A stretch of 63,951 nt of DNA, filler included, from Kipferlia bialata (Eukaryota), in assembly GCA_003568945.1 (NCBI GenBank). It is 7 parts of 6 records of this genome, joined end to end, with 100 filler letters (N's around TTAATTAATTAA, not from the genome) between each part and the next. Parts side by side here need not be neighbours in the genome. Positions count along the whole stretch, not along the records: positions 47,255 to 59,777 come from BDIP01001073.1; positions 59,878 to 63,951 come from BDIP01001076.1; 5 more parts are not named here. One strand, 5' to 3'. The notes below the pieces were generated by a model. The model made no database searches. It was not told where the DNA came from and saw nothing but the letters and a program-made list of their open reading frames with translations. This document shows, in pieces, positions 53,101 to 63,951 of this stretch (positions within the stretch are counted from its first letter, which is position 1; the number at the start of each line of letters is the position of its first letter). The position numbers and the translations under genes were made by a program.

Positions 53101-56100
53101 TTTGTGTTGAAAGAGGTGATACCAGCAGTGTTCTGCATATGTACAGTGTGGTGCCTTGTGTTGTAGTTGGTATCTGACAGGAACCATGGAAGGTATGAGT
53201 GCAGAGTATAGCTCAGGGCTGGGCGAGTCTCACTCACCGTGTAGCCAAAGAAGTCTACAACTCCTATGGGTCCCATATCGGCGAGGAACACTGCGCTTCC
53301 AGACCCGGCGTTCTCTGCTGAATACTGGAGTCCTGAGTCGTATATGTTCTGGTAGACGCTGTTCTCATGGAACTCAGAGAGGTACTCTTCCATGTCACAC
53401 TCAATCAGAGGCGTCCTAAGGGCGGTGTGGATATACTCCGTGTCTGCCGTGGTGTCACAGGAGTCTCTCTGCCACTCAACAGAGTCTCTCTTGCAGGTAT
53501 CCTCACATGCACTGATGTCAAAGCCGGAAGAGGCTGTAGTATCATGGTACTCATGATAGGGCTCCCAATACGTAGAGCACTCCTCTACACACACAAAGAC
53601 GTACTCATCGCATGTCGAGTCTGTGGTGGTAGTGTAGAGGGGTCTCATGTAGGGTAGGACTCCAGGCACCACATCGCCATGTGGGTCAGGGTATACACCG
53701 GAGTCTATCCCCGCATAGAATGCACCGAGGTGGGCTGACAGCCAGGTAGGGTCCACCTCCATACTCTCAACCTCTGTACCCTCCCCCACCTGCCCATTGG
53801 CTAGGAGGCTATCAAGGTCAGGGTGATTGGCGCTGTTCTTGACCTGAAGCGTAGCAGGACCAGCATTAGTGTACCCAAACATCCCACTCAACGTCCCTCC
53901 TGATGGATAGGTCTTGACTGCTGGTGACTGCACGTCTAATCCCTCGTACGCAGCCTCTGCCAGACACACCCCATCTGCATACCCGTCTAGACCCTCTGCC
54001 CAGCACAACTCAGGCCTGTCAGATCTACAGGCTGTCATCATGTCCTCTGTTGTGTAGGGAGGGGATGGGTAGAGCATAGCACAGCATATCTCACAGGCCG
54101 CACTAGCCGCTTCCCATGTCTCATCATACGCAGTCTGGAGGGTGTTCTGGAACGAAGGCTCCAGAGTGCCTACTAAGAGACTCGCTGCCAGCACTACAAT
54201 CCCAGACATCACCGCAAACATCACTACAGTGAGGGTAATGCCAACTGCTACCCTTGCAGGTTCGGGCACTGTTACACCGCTAGCCACGAGGACACTTGTG
54301 GCCTTGAGTTGTATGAGAGTCCAGAACTTCTGACGCAGAGAGGGGTGCTGGTCTGTCTCCATGACTGTATCCACTGGCACTGATGGGCCTACACTCTCAC
54401 TAGCCTTGGTCAATGGGGTCAATCCCACTTGTTGAGGCCCAGTAGATGCAGAAGGGACAGAAGAGAGCTCCTCCTGCACACCACCTACCACACTCAGGAA
54501 GTACTCAGTGAAAGAGGGTCTGTCTAGGACAAAGTCTGTGACAGAGTCATGTGTCGACAAGTACTGCGCCAGGGCAGGCATGAACCCCTGGCTCTCTATA
54601 CCTCCCACTCCTGCGCCTCCCTTGGTAAAGGAGAACCGGACTGTATTAGGCGATGACAGGTGTAGCTGGCACTCCACCCCGTACTGTCTGGCCAGTAGAC
54701 CCAGTTCTGACTCCAGTAGTGGACGTGGGTCACTAACACCACCGGTACTCTCACACCAGAGAGTGGCGGTGATGCCAGCTAGAGAGTGCCGCAACTCTAG
54801 AGGGGTGCCCTCTGCCAGAACCCTACCCTTCTCCACCACGGCTACAGTGTCAGCCAGTTTCTCAACCAGTGTCATGTCGTGACTAGTGACTAACACACAG
54901 CTCTCAGGGCAGCGCAGGGAGGCAATGTACCTCCAGATTAGTAAACATATTATAGACAGAAATTACGTTATAGGTATTAAACATTATAGATATATTTGTT
55001 TAATATATATGTACCTCCAGATGACCCGCTTGGTGACTGGGTCCAGCCCTGTGGTGGGCTCATCAAGGACAACAAGGGGTGGCCTGACGGGTTAAACATA
55101 TTCTAATAGATGAACATGAATACGAGAGAGTGTCAGTATGTAGTATATACCCATTGGCATTGAATGATACCTGCCAGCTGTAGCCATCAAGAGAGAGAGC
55201 CGGCGTATCATGCCACCGGATAGTTGGGAGGCCTTCTTGTTGGAGGCATCTGCTAGGTCCACCGCAGTGAGGAGCCGATCGATCTCGGCCTCAGTGGCAG
55301 CCCGTCTCTCCTTGCGAGATAGACTATCTCCCTTGCCCCTGAAGGCTCTGATGGCTAGGGCAACGCGTAGGTTCTGACGGCAGGTCAGATCGAGCCACAC
55401 GTTTGTAGAGTGTTGAGGGCAGAGACCGACGCGTTTCTTCAGGAACCGTACGGAGTACGGTGAACGGAGATCGTACCCAGCGACCTGTACCTGGGTGTCA
55501 CCAGTGGTGCTAGGGTCTGGAGCGACTTCTCCCGATATCACAGAAGAGAGGGTACTCTTTCCAGCCCCATTAGAACCAACCAGGAATGTGACAGTGTCTG
55601 GCTGGACGGTTATGTCGACCCCCCTCAACGCTCTGACCTCCTTCTGAGAGGCCCCTCGGCTGGTCTTGTATGTGACAGCTAGGGACTTGATATCTACAGG
55701 GGGTCCAGCCTGACTAGACCTTGCCAACCAGAACTGGGGTGTGAAGAGAAACATGAGCGGCAGCCCCCGGTATCCATCACCCTTACGCACATGTGCAATG
55801 TACACACCAATAGCACCCAACACAAGATACTGCCATAGAGCAGCAACAAGTAGGGTACCCACTGACGCCACAGAATAGAGACAGGTCTCCTCTCCAGAGA
55901 CCTGGTAAGAGCAGTGCTTGGATGTGTAACGCGCAGCATCCCAGAAATCACTCAGGGAGAGGGTGGTGGAGCAGTTTAGGACGTCCTCCACGCATGCTCT
56001 GGTTAGTATGGAGTACAGAGACTCTAGGAGACTGCAAGTCATGTACACGGGTGATGTAAACTCCATGACAGCCCTCACGACAGGTGGGGAGATGGTTGGG

Positions 56101-58340
56101 TCGAAGATCGAGTTGTCGAAGATGATGTAATACACGAGAACGAGGCCGAAAGAGCCAAACGTGAGGCCAAAGGCTACTGCAAAGGACGTCTGGGGGTTGT
56201 TGAACAAAGCAACAACCACAAGACTGAATCCCACACAGAAGAGGGACGGGAAGAGGAATACTAGGTACTGGGCCCAAAAGGTGGCTGCAACGGAATCAAA
56301 GGGGGATATACCGACAAGGTGAGCAGCGAGTACATCTAGAAGTGCAGTGACGGCCCCAAAGACTGTGAGGATGCCAAACCAGTTCAGCCAGTACTGAACC
56401 TCAGTCACTCCTGGGGTGAGTTGTGCATGTATATATCCACAATAAGAGATATCCATAGCTACAATATTTACAACACTCTCAATACCCTTACCTAGCCGTC
56501 TGATAGCTGGAAGGTTGGCATGCTTATCCTCGGCCAGAAACATGACATACCACAGGCTCTGGCAACGTGAGAAGAAGCAGAGACAATGGAAAGAATGCCT
56601 CATTCGTTGTTTATACGAGGCTAGTAGGCTATGTCAGACTACATTTGTATGAATACAAATTGAAATTGCAAATGATATACGTATATATGTATATACCGGT
56701 GCCACCATAGAAATGACTATCGTGATCTAAATAGAGGACATAGTATCTGGCATACGAGTGGTTAATGGGAATGCATAAGTGTATACGAATATTTATACGT
56801 AGGTTCATGTTAGTACACACATATATACCTGTGCCACCATGGCTATGACTATCGTGATCATGATAGAGGACACTATGCCATTGGCACCGCCAGAGGGGTT
56901 GGGCAGGGCTGCGACCTAAGTGTCAGCACAGTATTTGGAATATATACCATGTATATGTGTATGTATCTGTGAAAACTACAATAGAATATGGGTTCGGCAG
57001 GGCTGCTACCTAAATGTCAGTGCCATACTACTATAGTATGATACTGATATAGTATGATACTATATCTTCATTAAGCAATACATCTGTATAATACATTATG
57101 AATACAATGAACACAATGGTATAAGGGTTGGGTCCTAGTATTCATTACAAAAGTACATACACTACAATATAGCGTAACAGTGCTGTTAGCGATATACAGT
57201 AGATGTCTCCACTGTCCCTAGAAGGCCTATCTTAACGTACCTCTACGTTGAGGTCGACAGGGGTACCGGTGATGAGAGAAGCTAGCTGGGTATGAGAGAC
57301 GGAGAGGGGGGGAGAGAGAGGCATAGAGACAGAGGCAGAGATACTACTAAGGAGAGACACATATACCTGTCCGTCTATCAATGCCTGTAGCTGCAGGGCC
57401 ACCCCAGAGAACTCATCGGGCTTCCCCACTTCCTGAGAATGAAACAGGGACATGGAGAGTATATACATGTGAGTACATATGGGGAGAAGGTATTAATACA
57501 TTATTCTGCCAGAGTGTCAGTGTATCCAGACAATGTACACATATACATATATGTATATATTCAAGAGTACCTGTGCCAGGGGGTCTGTCCCTATTGGGTC
57601 ATCGGTGTACATGATGTCTAGCATGGTCCTGTTCAGCTGGGTATGAGTATATTGTAGGACGAGACAGAGATCTACAATGAATAACAAATATGAAACAAAT
57701 CTGAATAGGCTTATGACATAGGCAATGTGCTTGTCATCATGTACATGTATGTGGTATGATGGTGCCATGGGGACACTGGTATCTATGAAATCTAAAAGGA
57801 ACTCATATACATAAATATATACCAATATGAATGAATATATATATATATATCAGTCCATGTATACCTGTATGTGGTAGGATGGTGCCATTGGGACAGCGGC
57901 ATCTATATGTACTATACTACACGGTGTATACATATATATATATATCTATATCATACACCTGCATGTGGTATGAGGCTATTCATATATTTACATATTCATT
58001 AACATATATACTTCCGTATATACCTGGATATGATAGGATGGTGTCATTGGGACAGCCTCATCGAAGCCGTCAAAGACAACACTGAGGGCACTGATAGGAG
58101 ATAGAGAGAGAGAGAGAAGCAATACTGAGGGCACTGATATCAGAGAGAGAGACAGACAGAGAGAGAGAACACAACAGTGAGGAGCAGTGATATCAGGTAT
58201 AGAAAGAGACGATATACAATGTGGCAATGTATATATCTGATACACTACCTTGGTATGAATGGCGACTCCTCCAGCCACACTACATAGAATACCAATACTA
58301 TAGTGACGTTTACACATTAGTACTCTATACTAAGATATAT

Positions 58341-58376
<36 letters not shown>

Positions 58377-59433
58377 CGGTATGAATGGCGCCTCCTCCAG
58401 TGCCAGCTGCTCTGTGGTGACTCCGTATCTCGCTAGGTTGGTGGGAGTAGGGTCTAAGTCCCCACTCTACATGTGAGATGCCCCAAACAATTGACCTCAA
58501 GGAACGGATCGATGGATATGTCGGGAATACACATATATACCTTGAATAGCCCCAGTGTCAAAGAGAAAGATAGTGGGTAGTTGATATATGTATATACACT
58601 ATCTATACACATATCCACCTTGAATAGTCCAAGTGCCACGTGGGTATCCAGCTCAGCCACCGTGGTATACCTGGGAGGGTGAGTGGAGATACAAGAGATA
58701 GTACGTAAATATATATATATATATATGTGTGTGTGTGTATATATACATACACCGAATAACTGGGAGGGTGAGAGGAGATATATACTATATAAGTTAGTAC
58801 GAATACAAAGAGAGACAGCTCACTTTACATCAGTGTCACTTACCCTCTAACTGTCTCACTGCCCCACCCCAGGCCCTCTCTTATACCCTCCATGACTGCA
58901 CTTGTACCAGCGTTGATGGGGGCATACATCATCCACTATATATATATATATATACATATTAGAAGTAAGTTGTCACATACCCTCTAAGTGCCTCAGCTTC
59001 CCATCCTAATCCTTCTCGTATACCCTCCACCACTGCACTTGTACCAGTGTTGATGGGTGCGTACATCATACTGACACACCCATGGTCAGGGTCAGTATCG
59101 GCATCGACCTAACGAGTTAGTGCAACACGACTAACACTAATCATACACACACACAGACACAATACATACCTTGCATGTACGAATCTACATGGGGTTGTAT
59201 GTACACCATACTATATATATATGAGTATACCTTGCACATGCCAAGTGTATCCATTCCTGTGGGCGTGTATGTAGTGACCATGAACAGGGGAATGTATGCA
59301 TTATATATGCCATACACCATGTATATATGTAGTCAATGGGTGTATACCTTACATATTCCCATGGTGTCCATGGTTATTGGGCTGTATGTGGTGACCATGA
59401 ACAGGGGGAGGTACAGGAACACAGTCGAAGTGA
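49705..59433 (-). CDS. Full-size ABCA-subfamily transporter (two TMD/ECD-NBD halves), 5'-incomplete
   Basis: NBD1: GSNGAGKST, VGLCPQH, LSGGMIRRLS, VVLDEPTTGLDP. NBD2: GASGSG|KTT (split by an intron), MPQHD, LSGGMRRRLS, TDEPTTGLD. Regulatory motifs PSFTEYFL and PRLEDAFL; stop at 49705. Confidence 0.93.
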
Positions 59434-59877
59434 CTGATGTCAGAGAGAGAGAGAGAGAGAGATAGAGTGGGAGGAAGGTACAGGAACACTGTCGAAGTAA
59501 CTGGGGTCAGCGGGAGAGAGTCGCACACATATGGGGAAAGTAGTAGAGAGAGGAATGTATAGGAACACAGTGGCAGTGACTGGGGTCACAGAAAGAGACA
59601 CACACACACATATTGGGAGAGGAAGAGAGAGAGGAATGTATAGGAACACACTGGCAGTGATTGGAGTCAGAGCCTGAGAGAGAGGATTAGGGGGAGAGAA
59701 GGAAGGTTGCAGACGCAGGGGAGGGAGAGTGTGTATGTGGGGGGGGGGGGGGGGGGGGGGGGGGAGGGGAGGAAAAANNNNNNNNNNNNNNNNNNNNNNN
59801 NNNNNNNNNNNNNNNNNNNNNTTAATTAATTAANNNNNNNNNNNNNNNNNNNNNNNNNNNNNNNNNNNNNNNNNNNN

Positions 59878-59932
<55 letters not shown>

Positions 59933-59939
59933 TACATAG

Positions 59940-60961
59940 GGAACTTTGACCATCCATATTGAACAGGTCATCCCTATGAGTAAAATGTATACATATACCG
60001 GCATGCAGAAAGGAATGGTAACTAAGAACACACAATGAACAGGTCCCAACGGAAAAGAGATATTCAGAGTCACTAGGAGTAATGAAACAGGGCAGATACT
60101 AATATAGGCATAGAGAGGAAGGGGGGGGGGGATAATGGATAAGATGGGGGACACTTAGAAGGGGAGGGGGGGTGTGCACACGTACTTGTTGCTGAATCTG
60201 ATGATGTTGTCGGATGCATACATAAACAGGCATATAGACAATGAACATTCAGTGAGCAGGCCCCAATGGATAAGAGGTATTCAGAGTGACACGTACTTGT
60301 TGCTGAATCTGATGATGTTGTCGGGTGCGTTGGGGTTGTTGGCTGTGAGCATACGGGTCACCTCCTCATCAAGCTCCTTCTCAGACAGGGGGACCTAGAC
60401 ATGAGGCAGAGAGGGAAGAAAGAGCACGTAAAAAGCACCTGGTGCAAATATATTATACTGAGATGTATTCATCGCTAAGTCAGTGCCCAACGTATCAGAC
60501 AGAGGATACTCCAGGCACAATAGACTATGAGACTATTGGTATACTCGCCAGTACTAAGTCTAGTTCTCTGCCCATAACAATCCATAGACTAGTAAACCAA
60601 AACCACCCCCACCATCCATTACCACCCCCATACACACCCTCCTCTGGTATAGACACCCTATCCATGCCTAGACACTACCTGGTTCTTGGGGATGATCACA
60701 TTGGCCTGGGTGGTCTCAGGGGTGTCCTTGTCGGCTCTGCGGCGTGCAGGCCGCCTAGCAGCCTTGCCCTGAGGTTTCTTCTCCTATTGTGAGCATAATA
60801 GAGTGCACAACCACGCCAAAACAGCAGGAACAACGAAAGCGTGTCACAGTTCACCCATTCTTAGGCACTCACTGTGCTCAAATCCCCCCCTAGAACCATA
60901 AAATACACTAAGCATGTGAAAGAGTTACCGATTCCAGCTATACCTGGGGAACTGGAGCCAT
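59940..60961 (-). CDS. DNAI1: Outer-arm dynein intermediate chain 1 (IC78/DNAI1), 5' part only
   Basis: IIPKNQ|VPLSEKELDEEVTRMLTANNPNAPDNIIRFSNK matches the recalled DNAI1 N-terminal motif (ELxEExTRxLTANNPxAPxNIxR). The first exon (MAPVPQ, ATG 60961) is tentative. Confidence 0.85.
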
Positions 60962-61099
60962 GATCGACCACTGGCTTGCTGAAGAACTCAAACTTCAGCC
61001 TTCTAAGGAATCAAAAAGACTAAAGGGTGTAGACGCAGTTTCTTGACAAAAGGGTGCAGAGTACTGGTAAAGGCCGACTGTCAGCTTCACGAACTCAAG
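60962..61099. promoter_or_regulatory. Putative compact bidirectional promoter between DNAI1 and Atg18
   Basis: Only about 140 nt separate the two inferred divergent ATGs. Confidence 0.5.
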
Positions 61100-63838
61100 A
61101 TGCAGATTGAGAAGAACGAGAAGGGAGGAGGTGAGACAGTTAGTTAATATGTATATTGCCAGATTTGAGGTAGTTGTAGAAGGCAGAGAAGGGAGGTTCT
61201 TAAACAGAACGAGTGTAATGTTGTTTTGTCGTCTCTAGAGCTCAATGTACTGTATTTGGGTTATATTGCTGGTATTATGGGTGAGCAGGGCCATTTTTTA
61301 CACTTACTTGTCGTGTTAGGCGGTGTAAGTAGTGTTTCAGTTCATATATGAGATGACACTGATTTGGTTGATACTGGTACAATACTTGTTCAGACAGACT
61401 GGGACTAGGTCAGAGATCTTCCATTCGATTGTCTGTTGTCTTACTCGTAAGTTTTGTCTGCTCTTGTGTCTTCTAATGCAATGTATACGTACATATATCA
61501 CCCCACTTGTCTCTCTCTCCCTCACCTGTCAGACCTCCTCTTCTGTGGGTTCAACCAGGACAATGGGTGCATTGCAGTCGGAACCAAGGTGTGTGGTCAT
61601 ATAGCACATGGTACCATGACTTCCTTCTCCGGTTGTGTTGAGAGGGAGAGTCGGGCAAGTGTCAATATGCTATATATCACCTGTCATCTACTCGCACCCG
61701 GGTCTCCCATGACAAATATTAATATACCATCTCATATGTATACTGACACCCAGGTTGGGTTCCGCATCTTCAACGCCGACCCCTTTGTGCGTATGTTCAG
61801 CAGAGACATTGCAGGACACAAGGGTATGTACATTTGATATGTCACACGCTTATCTATAGGTGTCTCATGGTTAAAGAGTACTTATCCTCAGTCGACATCC
61901 GCTCCAGACAAGGCTCTGGAATTAATATATATCCTATTTTCATTCATCTTAGCTCTATTCAGTACTTATCCTCAGGCGGTATCCGTTCCGTTGAGATGCT
62001 GTTCCGCACCTCCATCCTGGCCCTGGTCGGGTCATCTGTCTCACCCCCATACTCCCCACACAAGGTATTATATGATTGTATGGATATCTCTCATGTAGAA
62101 GGGTACTATCTGTGTCACCCCCATACTCCCCACACAAGGTATGTAATGGGTAGGGGCATACTCTATGTATATCCCTCTCTTCATATACATATATATATAT
62201 TTCTGTTTACTAATACTGACCCCAGGTTGTCATCTGGGATGACCACAACAGGCGCATCCTGGGAGAGATCAACTTCAGGTATGGAGTCCCATATGTGTGT
62301 ATTTCAGGGACATATATATATGTATGAGTAGTGCTAGTGTGTGTTTTCATATTATGGTGTTACTATAGATGGTTTTTCCTTCTGCTGCCCCTCACCCCCA
62401 GGTCCATGGTCCGTGCTGTCAAGCTGAGAAAGGACAGGTATGTGGATGAAAGAGACACATAGCATATTTATTGCTACTCGTAGATAGATATATGTATATA
62501 TACAGTCTCTCACCCCAGGATCGTGGTTGCTCTCAAGCAGAGGGTGTACGTGTACTCCCTGGCAGACTTCTCCTTGATCGACCAGGTTTATATACATATA
62601 TATATATTGACAATAGTACATATACACACATATATATATATATATATTAATAGTACTGGTATTAGTGCATAAGTGTACTCCCTGGCAGACTTCTCCCTCA
62701 TTGACCAGGTATAGATGCAAATATAGATGCATATATATATGTATATATATACATACTAGAAGTATATGACTTTGTGTATATGTGTACCCCCTGGCAGACT
62801 TCTCCCTCCTTGACCAGGTATATATATCCATATTATTGAATTCTTATATACTAATACTGGAGGATACGTGTGTGGTATATTTAGGGTTGTTAATGTGTTT
62901 ATAGAATACTCCTAGGTATAGCACTCACCCCCCAGATTGAGACCCTTGACAATGAGCTGGGTCTCCTTGCCCTGTGTCCATCCACATCCACGGCATCGGT
63001 CATGGCATGCCCAGGTATATTATATATATATGTATTGTATGTATATATATATATACATATGGGTGTATATACATGTGTGTATATATACATACCTATCCAC
63101 ATCCACGGCATCGGTCATGGCATGTCCAGGTGTATGGTATATACTATATACTATATGTATTATATATATACTAAATGGTACTCCCTCTATATATATATAG
63201 GATGTGCCCATTCACATCCACTGCATCGGTCATGGCATGCCCAGGTGTATATACGTTATAGAGGCATCTATATATTTATAGTTTATACTCTCATTCTCTG
63301 TCCCCCCTCACCATCAGGCATCAAGGCTGGTCAGCTCCGTATCCAGACCATATATATTTATATATGAGTATATATAGATCTATCCCTCACCCCTAGGCAT
63401 CAAGGCCGGCCAGCTCCGTATCCAGACATCCTCCTCCACCCCTCTCTTCATAGAGTGCCACCAGACTGCACTCCAGGTATATAGATATGTATATATACAT
63501 ATATGTATATGTACTCTATACTCCCCTTCTTTTGCACCCTATCTTCATAGAGTGCCACCAGACTGCACTCCAGGTATTTTCACTCTGAGTTGAATACCAT
63601 TATCATTGAGGAATACATGTGTTCATATTTGTGTATCCATATTTGTGGTAACCCTCACCTCCAGTCCATCTCCGTCACTCTGGATGGATCCATGGTGGCC
63701 ACAGCAAGTGTCAAGGGTATGTGTATGTGTATAGTATTCTCATTGTCTGTGTCTCATATACTTGTATATATATATATATATATATAAGTATATGTGGATA
63801 TATGGATGGATCCATGGTGGCCACAGCCAGTGTCAAGG
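61100..63838 (+). CDS. ATG18: PROPPIN (Atg18/WIPI3-4/Hsv2-like) WD40 protein, 3'-incomplete
   Basis: MQIEKNEKGG|DLLFCGFNQDNGCIAVGT, GFRIFNADPF, VEMLFRTSILALVG, KVVIWDD, VRAVKLRKDRIVV, IETLDNELGL, IECHQTAL, DGSMVATASVKG. The F/LRRG motif lies beyond the window. Confidence 0.9.
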
Positions 63839-63951
63839 GTAGGTGAAGGATATGTGCTTGTATATACAAGTATGTACTCTTCTAATGGAACCCTCTGTGG
63901 GGTCTCTCTCTCCCCCCCCCCCCCCCCCCCCTCCCCCCCCCCCCCCCTCCC

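Noticed and set aside
56411..56603. ATG at 56603 as the start of a separate 503-aa ABC gene
   Set aside because: The ORF reads through intron sequence (in-frame intron ~56490-56412) and is an internal part of the single ABCA gene.
1..63951. tRNA, rRNA or snRNA genes
   Set aside because: None recognised by eye; a tRNAscan-SE or Infernal search would be needed to exclude them.

Overview
Eukaryotic protist DNA, not prokaryotic. The window is seven contigs or scaffolds joined by artificial N44-TTAATTAATTAA-N44 linkers. Intron-dense genes, branch points fused to the acceptor (CTNAC-N(2-6)-YAG), (AT)n/(AG)n-rich introns and ERERE-type low-complexity proteins suggest a free-living fornicate such as Kipferlia bialata (inference, not verified). 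Genes reconstructed by hand-splicing: Vps41, Lsm14/Scd6, eIF4G, a NifS-like Moco-sulfurase-type protein, a multipass membrane protein, a vWA protein, an AT-hook plus Ulp1/C48-like protein, a BRO1/BROX-like protein, a Rex4-like DEDDh exonuclease, a full-size ABCA transporter, DNAI1/IC78, a PROPPIN (Atg18/WIPI) and three unknowns. The main discovery is a pervasive 'exon echo' architecture. Introns hold polarised partial copies of the neighbouring exon: acceptor plus 5' part upstream, 3' part plus donor downstream. These copies differ from the intact exon mostly at synonymous positions, including TCN<->AGY serine swaps, so they carry a signature of protein-level selection although they cannot be spliced as ordinary exons. 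Introns within one gene also share gene-specific acceptor motifs. All exon boundaries are manual and unverified by RNA data.
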